64,000 nt of DNA, from positions 1-64,000 of the forward strand of contig KZ537968.1 in NCBI GenBank assembly GCA_000934665.2, read 5' to 3'. Both the position numbers and the translations under genes were made by a program. This document shows, in pieces, positions 45,841 to 59,100 of this stretch. Every line of letters begins with the position of its first letter. The first letter of the stretch is position 1. This stretch comes from Catajapyx aquilonaris (taxonomy: Eukaryota). The notes under the pieces were generated by a model. It was given only the letters and a program-made list of their open reading frames with translations, was not told the DNA's origin and searched no databases.

Positions 45841-48800
45841 TGTGTGACATATGTGTAACCGAAGGGGTGGACGGAGAAAAATAACTTTAGGAATTTCCAC
45901 ATATTCTGATTGGCTTTTTAATGACCTGTTCTAATCAGTTTAAATTAAATAGAAAGCAGATTCGATGTTTTTGCAATGCTGATATTATCATTTTCTAAAG
46001 TTACAAAAGGAGATAAATTAGCCGTCCGCTTCTTTAATTAATTAATTATTGGCTATATCCAACGAATTTGTTATGTTACATGCTACGAGCTATGTGTACT
46101 TAAAGTAAATATGCTGACAAATTAAAAAGAGCTTACCGATAACATCTTTCCTGATGCCATTTTTTTCTACAAAAAGTGTTGATTTCAAGAGTCACATTAA
46201 CTGTAAAGTGCTGGGTATTAAGGCTAAAGTGAAAGTCAAATTGGAATGAAAATGATGTTCCTAATGAGGTTAGTAACACAATGGCTAGTCGATAACATGT
46301 TTATTGAGTCACACATATAACCGGGAGCCCGGTCAATTTTACAGTTGACTTTGGCAGCTTCTCACTTGGCGGCGTACGAGCCAGACGTGATTGGAGTTCC
46401 TGTTTTGTTGCGCCGCCTACCATCTGACTGAGAACTGCTTGCTATCACGGTACGTACCTGGTACGGCACTCCACTGTAAGATAACATATTATTATTTTAA
46501 ATATTTCAGTACTGAATAATTGAATATGAGTAACATACAAATTAATTAGCGTCTAATCGACGTTCGCCTCCTCTGGTATTATTGTCGTTTCATTCGAAGA
46601 ATTGATTTGCAGAAACATTATGTTAGGCATATGGTCCTTGACTTTTACTAAACGGTCACGTCCGTTTTTTATATAGAAAACTTATATCCCATTAAAAAAT
46701 TGAAGAAGAGAAAATTCAATATTTAAAAATCCAACATATGATTCGGATAGTCCTGTCTCTCATATTTTCACTGCAGGTATCAATTTATGGTGTGAAATAT
46801 TTAAAATTTCCACCTACTGTCACTGCTGATGGTATGGTATTTCCTCCACTAAAACCAGCCTGACCTCTCTTTTAGTCAAATTGTTTCCCCGCCACCAGCT
46901 AAAAAGTGATCCAATCATATTATTGCCCACTGTTAAATGACCGTCATTAGTCCTTTTACATCCTTCAAAGTACAAAGCTCGAGCAAGAGTGACGCAAGTT
47001 CGTCAGTGACCCCCGCCGCTTAAAGACACGGCACCCAGGGGCGAGGAACTAAGCGCGTAAATCGGTAATGAGAGGTTAAGAGCAGGTGCTTGTCCGCCTG
47101 TAAGTCGAACGTGACTCTACGGCCATAACAATAAAAGGTATAAATCCGAGCCTCAAGAATTTGGCAGATACCATCTCATGGCAGTTCGCACGGCAATATC
47201 TCCCGAAACAATGGCAAGTCGCTGACAGGACGTCATCAATTCGGGGTCTCCTATATATCCGGGACACTTATCTATCAATCCCTAGTATAGCAACCTTTTA
47301 CATGCTTCCTGTTCAATAGACTGGCGCAAGGTCGCGTATGCTCAGCACACTTCACCTTTTTTTCCCCTATTGCATTAGGTGCACTTGGGGTCGTTATTTC
47401 CTCGATTTGTATTCTGTTAACGTTGTTAATTAAGATTCCGGACGCATGCGCGTATCAGGCTATCTGGGAGCGAAGACTCCTGCAGGGTTGTTATTATGTT
47501 GCAGAAGGATCAACTATCATATGGGGGAACCCCTGTAGTTGATGTGGAACGGACTGGCATTTGTCTTTCTGAATTATTTTCTTGAGGGGGACAAAGATTG
47601 ATTGGTAATTGCGATCGGAATTATGCATATTGCCTGCTGGGGATATTCGCGCTGTTTTGCGTTAAACACAATGGGTCATCAGGGACGTTCATTTAGATTG
47701 TGTGTCATGTGTAGACGTTGCAACATAATGCAGCATGTGCGATTGTTGGACTCTTAGTTGTAATATCGCGGTTCAAATGAGATTGCGTATAATCGTATTA
47801 ATATATTCTAGATCAAACTGTAAGGTAAGCATGACATCAGAATCGAATAATTTGAATGGAGATAGCAATGAATTCAAAGTGGACCAATGTAATGGTTCAA
47901 TCAGAGGTGTCTCCGATGAGCAGGTTTTGCAAAAGTTCAGTTATGATCTGCAAATATAAATGCAGAAAAATGTCAACGGAGTGATTGATTTATGCTGATA
48001 CTGTATATATATATAGTGTCTAGTAATTAGTGTATTAGGCTACGTTAGCAATTACGTCGTTCACCTAGCATGAAAAATCCTCATTCCTCAATTTCCAATT
48101 AACATAAGCTTCAAAATTGCATATTAATGAGTGCCATCGCTCGAATGTCAAGGTACCATAAAAAATGCAACCATACGAAAACGTGAAATGTGAAAGAACA
48201 TACTATTTCAAGGCCTAAAATTTTAGCATCCTCATCCAACACATAAGGGTCAATCACCAGAAGTCATTACGAGTAAAGTAAAGTGTGACCAGCTAAAACA
48301 TTGTAATCGTAAAGTCCTTGCAACCATACTCTCCAGCAGCACTCGTACATATCCGCTTCTGACGTATGTGACACGTGTACGTAAGCACGAGCCTTGAACA
48401 TATTAAACTATGGGCGTAACATGGCCCCTAAGTTTTAAAAAGAAAAAAAACCCTCTCTTGCTAAAACGTGCGAATCTTTAATATCTGCTGAGATCAACCG
48501 TCTGATGAGCAAGTTGACACCCTTTCCGTGAAGGGGTGAAGGAAACGCGAAAATGAGTGTTGGGATGATGAGGAAGGAAAGTCAACCCCAAAGTTGGCCA
48601 TTGTTACCCAGGATGCCTCTTGGGGTCAGAAGGAACTGTCATCACATCCTTCTAACGAATCACGGTTTCCTCATCAGGGAAGCTGCTAATTAAACAAAAA
48701 TAATTTTCTTAATTGCACCTACCCGTTTTTCTGATTGCAAGCAATTTTTCAATGAAAAGTGTACATAAAGATCAGCGCCCTGGCCTTGAATTAGGCTGAA

Positions 48801-51800
48801 CCCATGGCAGGGTGAACAGCCCAGCAAATAAACTGGATGACCTTCGACGCCATGGTGGGAATCCTCAAGTTATTAATTTATGGACCTTCAACCTGAATAG
48901 TTGGAAAATATTGATAGTAATCTTTGTGACGCACTGTTTCATTCAGGGCACCCCCTTTTTTGTAGCGTATACACAACGTCATACATGACGTACAATATTC
49001 GCTATTGACATAATTTTAGATCACATTTTAATTTTTTTTTCTTCATTTGAATTACCTCTGTTTACGAATACATTCATGGCACGCCCTATCCCACGATGGA
49101 ATTCGGTTGCTCAATATCCAGTTCCAATTATATCCTAATTGGGAAGCGGCTTACATCCGGGATGGGCCTGATGTGCCCACGTTTTACCCACAAAAAATTC
49201 TGTGTGGGGTCAGTCGGAATGAGCTCCATTCACGACCAGGAGCATCAACTTCGTGAGCAATGAGTGGACACTGGAGGCGAAGACAGCTCAGTGCTAAAAA
49301 TTGCCCAAGAAGACCTTGTGCCCACGATTAGTCTCGTGAGCGGAAAATTTTCGCCAAATCGTGATCCGCAAAACTGGATAACATATATTTTTTTTGTGTA
49401 TGTACGGAAGGAAATACCGTTCGTCTTGTGCTTGAGTGACGCGTGGCATTGGGTTATTCGGTGTGGTCAGGATCGACTTGACCCCTAGAAGGATGACATT
49501 ACGACTCAAGGAGATCCTCCTTTAAGATGGCATCAGAGGCGGCACTGTCTGAAGATGGTACAAGACATTTGGTAGGTCGTTAATTAAAGATCGGATTGGA
49601 TCGTCTTTCCGGTTTGATTAATGGGGGGTTTTGTGAGAGGATTATTTTGATTAGATGCAAATATATGTGCCCCGAGAGGGCATCTGAAGAGGCAACCTTG
49701 GCAAATATTATTTTAGAATGGCCTCTACCGTATCGCCAGCTGCCTTATGTGACGTAATTATTTATGTTGTTATCGTGCCAATAATGGACAGTATTTTCTA
49801 CCGGTGTTTGTTGTCGCATGCATTAAATTCATGGAAATGAAAAATCAGAGAACATAAAAGATTCTGATCAAATTCGGGAAATTTTATTTTGAAAGTTCAT
49901 ATTTTATAACTAGAAAAACCCTACGCTGTGGGGGAACTGGTTGTTGGGGGTGGGGAGAGAGCGAAGTAGACCCTCCAGCCAACAGCGTTCCAGTGGGCAG
50001 TGTCTCCTCCCACCCACCAGAGGCGCTGCCTACACCAACTGCGCATGCGTAGAACGCGGGCCAATAGGACGCGTTGCAGTAACAATATGCGGCTGACCAA
50101 TCAGAAGGCTTCTCCAAACATGCCCACTACGATTTTAATATTATAGATTCACAATGTAATTCACATTACAAGTCATAATACTGGACACAACAAACACGGG
50201 TCAGTCTAATCACGTTCATTGCATTTTTTAACATTGTCGTAATGTATACTGACTTAATCCTGAGCAGGGTACACCACAGCAAGCATTACGGTGTATTGCA
50301 ACACACTACCAGATGACCTCGAGTGTTAACCTGCTCAAAAATTATAGCCCGCATAAAAACACAAGCGATGCTCACCCCCGAAACATTTACTGCAACAGTA
50401 AAACTCCAAGTAAACCGCATTATTACAGCCTCCAGGTGTCAATGTTAATTACAAACCTGCAAATCCGCCACACTGGACACATCCAGCATTTTTTTCCCCC
50501 CTCGCAGACACATCCGTACTTTATAAAGTCATTACACGTCTAATCCTCAAGTCCAGCCAAGGTAATGACCAAGGGGATTAAAGGCACGCATCACCTCCTC
50601 CGATCCGAACTTGGTCAGAGGCAAGATTTACAATCAAGTAGGCCTACCAAAAAATCCTCCACTGATAAGGTGAAGGCGACAATACCATACATTGTTAGAG
50701 GGACAACGCCCTTTACACAGTATACCGGTCAGCCGACCTTGTCTCTTTCAGTTTTTCGAGAAGACTTAGGGGCTGACGGAAGCTCAAAAAGAAAACGAAA
50801 TTAATGTGCTCACTAGTCATGGACGAGCAAGGAAAACCGCCGGTTTATTGTGGCCAATATTATTGGGGGGTGTCATTATGTACCGACGTCAGAGCAATTC
50901 CTCACTCAATTCCGATTCTTGTTAAAACCTTGTTGCAAGTGGGCGTAATTGGTCTTAATGATGTTGGAGATATGAGTTTTATTATCGGTGGCGGAAGTAT
51001 GGAGTTGTTGCCAAAGTGATTGAAACTGTATCGTACTTGTTGGTTATTTTCCAGAATATTAGAGGTCCGCTGGAGTTTGTGGACTCTAGGTTATTGACCT
51101 CCAAGGTTAAGCGGGACCGCTCCTTTATTTTAGGGACAGTTGGTCTCTGCAAGGACCTAATCTTTTGAAAGTTCCGGAGAGATAATGGCTCTGATTGGGG
51201 GCAGTGGAAAATTTCAGATGTGAGGACGCTTGTGACGTGTGGTGGGCGACAAAGGTTATTGCCATTATAGGAAATTGGTGCGACTTTTTTAACAGTTACT
51301 GTTTATTATGATGGACACTAAGATAATATAAATTGTTGCACCTGAAAGTACTGGCGACCAATATTATTCGACTTGGCGCAAGACTTGGTGGTATGATTGT
51401 ATCCAAGCCTTTAATATTCCAAAATAATATTATAATGTACAAAGAATCGACAAAGTCATGAATTACTAAAGGTGAAGTAATATTACTATTTTTTAGTATT
51501 AAGTTTGGAATTTTTATGTACATTTTAAAACATGGTATCTGCATATTTCGTTGTCAAAAATTAACGGCAACGTTGATTGGCATTTTTGAAATTTCAACAT
51601 GACTTCTGAGTCAACAGAAATTGACAAATGTGTCTGCAATTTTGATGCTGTGTAATCCTCGAGGCATGATAATTCTTAATTTTCATTTAAAGTCTTAAAT
51701 ATTATAAATTGTTTATGTCTTTGTCTCACATATTCTCTATGGGTGGGTACAGATGTATGTTGCATCATAAAGGCGTGTGTCATGTAGCATTCATGAGTCA

Positions 51801-53686
51801 TGTGAGTTGTTACCCTTCATAATTCAATAGCTAAGTCAATTTCACAATATTTATACGCACCCGGAATATTAGTTCATTATGTTAGGTAACTTACCCTGCT
51901 TTGTCCTAAATCATACCATGTAATAACGCATTCCAGTGTATATCATGTAACGTTTTTTTTAAAGGTCACTGACGCAGGCACTTTACATATAAACCTTCAT
52001 TCTTCTTTTTTTCCATTCATACCATTCCCTTATATAAAATTTTATAGGCGTAACAGGTGTGTCTCGATGGTGTTATAATACACGAAAGATGACGCAAATT
52101 AGCACCGATCGGGGTTAATTAGAACATTACCTCGGCCATAAAACGGCAACCGATTATAAGAAAACCGCAAAGAAAAGTTGTCCAAACCTTAGTAAATATT
52201 TCACCCTCAATGGATGTAAGAGACATTGCACATGAACATGCATGGGAACTCTTCACACCTGCCGGCATACCTTTCCCACACATGTAGATACCTTCAAAAA
52301 AAAGTAATGTATCGATACATCAATCGTTACATGCGCGCAAGTTTCATAAATTCGCACATGGCCTCATTATCTTTTAAGTGATCACGACCTGTGTCGTTGA
52401 CTAATTGCAATGCAATGTACCCTCGAGACATACCATCTTTACGTCATATGCCGGGTGGACCAGAACATGTATACAAGTACAGGTATACAAGTAGTGTAAT
52501 CAGAGTACCAAGAATAAAGGCTTTGTTACGGCTTTTAATGGCCTGACATTTCCGGTATCCGAGTGTGACCAGATAAGTCACGCTTAATTTTTCTATTTGT
52601 GTACACCAGGAATCGCAACGGGATAAAAATCATTGCATATCCTCCAGTCTGAAGGTTGTGGACACCAGTCGGAAACAAACGTCCGAGTGTTGTGGTCAGC
52701 TTGTGAATAGAAAAAGAGAAAGCAGGATACCATCGACAATAGCAACAATTTTTTTGCAATTGGAAATTGGCATTATTTTTTTTTACGCCTTGACTGAAAG
52801 CAGGTCGGTTTGGAGTGATTGTCCACCCTTAAGTGTGAAGTGACATCAAGAATAAGAAGGTGACGAATGCGTCATAGTGAGTGACATACGACAAGGTCGA
52901 CGTCCACTTCCGTGATTTATTTTGTTGCGTCGGTAAATAACTTGAATTAACATAGTGGTGCTAGAAAATAAGGAACTGGATGAATGTAACATGCAGTCTG
53001 TCAAATTATCACCACCTTTCAGGTGGACCAAGTGTCCGGGTCGTAACTATTCAAGGACAAGGAGTATATGTTTTATTCGAAATTATGGTCAAAATTTTGA
53101 AAATCACATGTGACATGATAGGACGTGATTAGGTTCAAGTAGTGCATGCTTCAATCAGTAAGGACATTCCACCAATTTAAAATTAATTAAGGGTTAATTT
53201 ATATTCAAAATAGTGCTAGGAATTATTTAGAATTGGCTTGGGCCTCTGTTTGTCCACAGTGAGTCATCAGTAGTGTGCAGCTATGTGATGCATATGGTAC
53301 TACGTCCACATCCTAGTTTTAAACAATATATTAGTGCACAAAATTTGAGCACCAGTCAAATGCACGAACCAATTTTTCCCCTCCTTCCTTCAAACTATGA
53401 TGTAAGCTCAAATGCGATAACAATATGCACCCAATCTAACTTTCCCTCTCTCAAACGAAGAAGGACCAGTTTTTACCCCCTCCACAGCTTTTGTCATGAG
53501 GTCAATAATCTCTCTCTCTCAGCATTGTCAGGTTTTATCCACTCGAAATGAAACACTGTAAAATTAACACCTTACTAATTCACTCACTCTATTCGTGCTG
53601 TCCAGTCACGACCCTCCAAAATCGGACACCCATTTATTTTTCCGGTCTCGCCCAAGGGCCGACCCTGGGTCCAACAAAAATTGTAT

Positions 53687-54105
53687 TGACGTAACTGGTC
53701 AGTACTAACACCCCCCCGGAAACTAGGGGGTCATCCCTGTTGACCTCTGAAGATTTTTTTTTTAACTTTCCTTCAACCTTCTTCTTCTTCAAGCCAAGCA
53801 CCGTTTGACGTCACGTCATGGTCCAGATTGCAGTTGCGCTTATTGGCCTCCAGCTGGTGCTTGAGTCGCAGTCTCAGGTGAGAAGGTGGGCGAGGCAGAG
53901 TCTGTGGAGAGAAGCTCTAGAAGGAAGGTGTTTCTTGTGCGGGTGAAGAAGTTACAGACAATTTTAATAAGGGGGGGATTGGTGTTTAGTGCACCCCCCC
54001 AATTATTAAGAACTTGAGGAATGGCCATGCCACCGATGCTTCGGAGGCTGTTGGGAGGACTTCTTCTGGGCCTGCTAACCGGTGCCATTCACTGTGCTGG
54101 TAAGT
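53687..54105 (+). promoter_or_regulatory. Candidate promoter and non-coding first exon of a gene continuing downstream
   Basis: TGACGTAA at 53687, perfect CRE TGACGTCA at 53806 with an adjoining CGTCA half-site, initiator-like GCAGTT at ~53831, strong donor CTG|GTAAGT (GT at 54100). Confidence 0.35.
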
Positions 54106-56132
54106 TGCAAATATTATATATTTTTTTAAAGGTGTTTACGGTTGGAAGAGCTAGCCATGCGCGATGGCTTATGTAGGTCACTACGATGCTAGTCGAAAGT
54201 TGGCTGCTGCAACACCTGGATGGAACGTCTTGAGAAAAATTATTTATTTAAAAAAAATTGTTGTCAGTCCTTGGTTGTCAGATGTGTTAGGCCAATGGCA
54301 AGGTGACTGTCGATACATGGGAAGGACTGATCGGAATTTTTTGAGGCGTGTTTGATAGAAAGTGGTTTGCACATCCTGTAGCTGGAAAGTTGCCACTTTT
54401 TTTTTGTCAGAGTGGAATGGGAGGGGAGTGTCTTTAGGAATATGTTGGTGTAATGATTGTTCAGGTGGGATAATTGTGTGGATGTTTATTTACGGTCTTA
54501 GTGGCAGTGTGATAGGTGTTGCTTTCTTACTCGTGCGTTCAAGTCTCCGCCTTGTGTAATTTCACCTGCTGGGTTTAATGTCACCTGTAGGTGTTATTTA
54601 TATATTTGGCGCTGATGCCAATTTTTGCACGCCGTATGAGCCATCGATTGATGAAGGCTCTTGTGTGTGTCATATAAATGCAAATATCTGCACCTGTTCG
54701 TATTATGTATGTGCTACACGTTTTAACATACACGTAAGAGTAAACGGTACTTGTAATTTTTTTTGCTACCGTTCCTAATATAGCTTATGCCGGAATACCA
54801 GTAGCTAATGACTCAGTACAGTTACATCAATTTTTAAAATATTCATCCGATGATGACAGGCTGTGCAATAATGTGGCTATTTCGATGTGACATATCTAAC
54901 CGAAGCTGATGTCCGGTCATTTTCGGAACAAATGCCACTTCTCACTCGGGTAGTCGCTTTCTACAAGCTGCCAGACCAATCGTCTGACCTTGCCAATGCT
55001 CTGTTTGTCGTGGAAATATTCCACCGTTGCCAAATATGGGTATCGGGGCGGTAGAGCTGGTACCCCCATCGTAGGATGTTGATATCCGCGTCATTTGTCA
55101 AATAAAGTGTGTAGACATTGGGCGAAGGACAATGGTCCAGTTTCCAGCATTGAGAGGCTGGATATGAGTGGAAAAGAGTATTTGCAAGGTCGACGGATGC
55201 AGGAAGGAAAAGCATTTTTTTTCTTAAAGTGTTGGCATACACAGGTGGCATCGGTCAGCCTCGATTAATGGAGTATAAACATCTTCGATAAGGAAGGAAG
55301 AACTGAAGGACACAACTTCTGTGTACATGCTGGTATTTGACTGTTTTTTTTATCCCTTTCTACGTACCATTTTTCCTGCACGTGCTATTAGTCACTCATC
55401 AAAAATAACAATGCCACTGGCCCAGCAAGTCTCTTGAACTGCTGAATTATTTTCATTCCCCCCCAAAAAATGGAAGGGTTGACATTAATAATCACAAATG
55501 TTACAAGGTTTCACGCCATGTTCGTGACGTTTCCCACGCTTTGGACGTTTGGCCGACAATAATTTTGTAGCACGTGAGGTATAATATCCGATTCGGGCCA
55601 GGAAATGAACAATAATCTCATGACGTACGATGTGCCTTGAAACATTTAGAATGAATGTAAAAAAACAACAACAACATGCATGTCTAGATAGGACCTGTCG
55701 CATATTTCTTCTACCAAAGAAGGCGTATGAAGATGCTCGCACGCACAATAATTTTTTGAGAGAATTTTTCCACCGTTCAAGGATAGCAACAGAAGACGAG
55801 TAAATGTTATGCATCTGTGTCACGACCCTTTCTGTCCAAAAGGCAGCTGGTGCCCACATATCCCCCACCGAGTGACCAGCACCGGATTCTCTGGGAGAAA
55901 TCCGGAAGTTCGCGCAACTTCTTGGAATCCCATTAACGACTCCTTCGACTGTTTTCATTATGAAAGAAAGGGGACTCCGACCTGTTGTAATTCCTCCGCC
56001 ATGAGGAGCCCAGCACTTTCCACTTTGCTCAAGGGGAAGAAACACACGGATGTTTTTTTTCCCCCCCAGTCTATAGAATGGGCGATTTGATTTTAATGGG
56101 GCTATATCCAATCGGACTGAAGTGGGAGATGC

Positions 56133-56195
<63 letters not shown>
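56133..56195 (+). repeat. (AAT)~21 microsatellite
   Basis: Directly visible. Confidence 0.95.
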
Positions 56196-59100
56196 GGTTA
56201 GCAATGGCAGGATATCAGAAAATGAATATTGTGCAATATGTTTGCATAATGAAGCATTACCAATTTATGCAATATAGGCATCAATAATGAGAGCCAGACA
56301 TGTCTTACAGGTTGAATGCTCTTTGTTACTGTATGATATACCGGTAACAAAAATGTGAAGCGTGAATTATGCAAAAGCGACTTATTTTATTGTCAGCTAA
56401 GGCACAACAGGCTGGATTTTACAATGAATGCAAATTTATGTGCAGCACATTTATATGCATTTGGGCTGCTCGTCACAGTGTATTAACAATGGTAATTAAG
56501 TTTTGTTTATTGCGGGAAAAAATCTCGCCTTCTCTACTTGCGAGCATTAATTTCTAAATTAATAGCCTATTGTGTCTACGTAAGCCCAGAGGAAAGGTGT
56601 AATACTACGGCGATAATTAATGCCGCCCATCTTTATGACCGATTTCAGGTTGAATTGCAATCGCAATACATTACTAGAAATTAACATTAAGTGCAGGTAC
56701 AGGTCCTCAAGGAGGTTCCTTAAGCATGTATTTTAGATACATATGCACAGTTATTGTCACAGCGTAACAAATGTACCAGATAAGCACCCTGCCATTATTA
56801 TTGAATCCCTCGAAAAATATAGTCCCTCGATACCACTACCGATAAAACTATGAAACACGAAAGAGCACCATCACTTATCCGGATATTGCTTCTCACGAGA
56901 CAGGCCCGGGCAGTAGACATCAGGCCAATGTGCTAATAGGCCCTGCTAATTGGCAAAAGCTTGAAAAGATATGGATCGTAAGTCAACAGTCCCAGCTCGA
57001 GACGAGTGCCCCACGAAAAATTCCCACACGAACCAGTTTCAAAATATTTTTTTTTCTTCTCTCCATTAAGTAATGGTGGTAGCCACGCATTAAAAATAAG
57101 CGGAATGCTGGGCGTGTGAGCGCCCCGTGGCAGCCATTAAATGATTAATGTATGCACAATTTTTCCTCCTGTTGACAACAAAAAAATGGACAGTATGATA
57201 CGCATCCCAATGTCCCAAGGACAACGATGGGCATCCGGGATCGAATAATATCAGCATCCAAAGAATGTAGGAGTTGCATTCCTTTCCGGGCAGATGAGGC
57301 GTGTGACATTGTTATTGTAATGTCCACGAGTCGCATGCAACATATTTGACAGGGCAAGGTGTCCGACCTTGTGTGGTTTAGTATGTGTGGGTTGAGAGGA
57401 AGAAAGAGCTATTCGAGCGGAGCTGCTGGTCTGGAGGTTGTCACTAGATGGACCACCAGTCTTCGATGCTGTCTTTTTCTTGAAAGCTCGTTGACCTTTT
57501 TGGTTTTGTAGAAGGGAGTTTAAAAATCGTGAGGGTGGCAAGGTTGGGGCAGGATTTTTCTGTGTTGTGGGTTATAATGGGCGTATTATGCAGTATGCAT
57601 ATTGGATGTAGGGTACATCATGTTAATTGGCAGTAGCCGAGGGCAAATGGAGTAGTAAATAAAAGGTTAAAAAGAATTCGAGGACTTCAAGCGGTTGGGC
57701 ATTGACATTGCTCTTTTCATGGACGAATAGTAAATTACGATCCATTGGATTTTTCCCCCCTTCTGGCAGTGTCTGCAGGAATTCAGACCATAACCTGCAG
57801 GCTATTTTTGTCTACAAAGTTATACTGAGCATTGACGTTATTTCTCTAATAATAATTAGCACAATGGTGATGTAAGTTACTGTACACGTTGTATATTGGT
57901 CCACAAATTTCTATCCTATTTTTTATTAATTACATATTTATCACTTCACTTAAATAGGCTGTTATTTCCCATCTTACTGTCAAATTCTGACTACAGAATA
58001 CAAATTTAGCGGTTCGTTAAAAAAATGAAAATTTACAGTATATTCAAAATATCATTAGCATCACTGTACATAACGTAAAACCTGCAAACTTGTCACTAGA
58101 CATTATTTGTGTTCGGTCTGAACAGAACAAGTTGAACTCGTGACACCTTCACTGGCAGGTAATTGTTTAGCAAACTTCCAAGGCACACACACATCTCTGC
58201 TTTCCATGTCCCCATGTCAGCCAGGTATGTACAGTGCGTGTGTGTGTGTACAATCCCTAGCAAACTGACCTTCTTCCCAGAAGATTTCGAAAAGGAAAGT
58301 AGGCTCTAGCTTGCAAGTAACTCCGTACGCCCCTGGTTCGTAAGCACCGATTAGTGGTATCCAATGGCGCAAAAGTCGTCCCGAAATCGCGTCCGAATTC
58401 ACACCGATGCTGCATCTGGATCGAGGTTAATCCGGATCTAGGTTAAAGCCAAACCTTCCATATAATTAAATGTAAAAAAAGGACACATCATGCGTAAGCT
58501 GGGAAGCACTGACGCAATAAATTGTGACATCACCAGATTGGTCGAAGGTTGAATCGCTTAATTGCTGGCACAAAATATTCGGGATATGTTTTTTTTTTGT
58601 AGTGTGCAAAAATCTGCCTGGAGCACGAAAGGTGTATTTTTCTGCGAGGAGACTTCTTTTCGCAACATCTCCCGTGCGTGTCGTGAGCTGTGGAAATGCT
58701 TTCTAAGCCGTAATTTTTTGGCCACTCGCCTGACCCCGACGGATAGGGAGAGGTCACGAACCGTCGGGATCTCTTAGCGGCTTGCCCAAGACTCGAAATT
58801 GAATAACGCCTAAAGTGAAAGATGACTGTCATTCTACACTCGCTTCTGCTCGAAATTGGATAGGAATTATGCTTATAATATAGGGGCCGATGAGTATTTT
58901 TTTCACTCTACTTTCTAAATATGAAGGCTTTTTTGATTGAAGTGTGTTTGTCTCAATTGGCTTTCTAAATCCTTAATATTTGAGTAACATTCCAAATTAT
59001 ATCGTCTGAAAGAATTGAGTTATTGAGTCAAATTAAAGCGAATTGGTCAAAATAATTTTAATATTTGTACACTGCAGTGTTGCCGGAAACCCAATGTTGC

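Noticed and set aside
14355..45900. Antisense and alternate-frame ORFs overlapping the GNAT genes (for example 38051-38806, 24882-25421, 21697-22155)
   Set aside because: Shadow ORFs produced by GC3-rich codon usage; not conserved between paralogs and without motifs.
55485..56287. 239-aa poly-Tyr ORF and poly-Asn ORF; possible LINE 3' end before the (AAT)n tract
   Set aside because: The homopolymers come from the microsatellite, and no reverse transcriptase or endonuclease motif was recognised.
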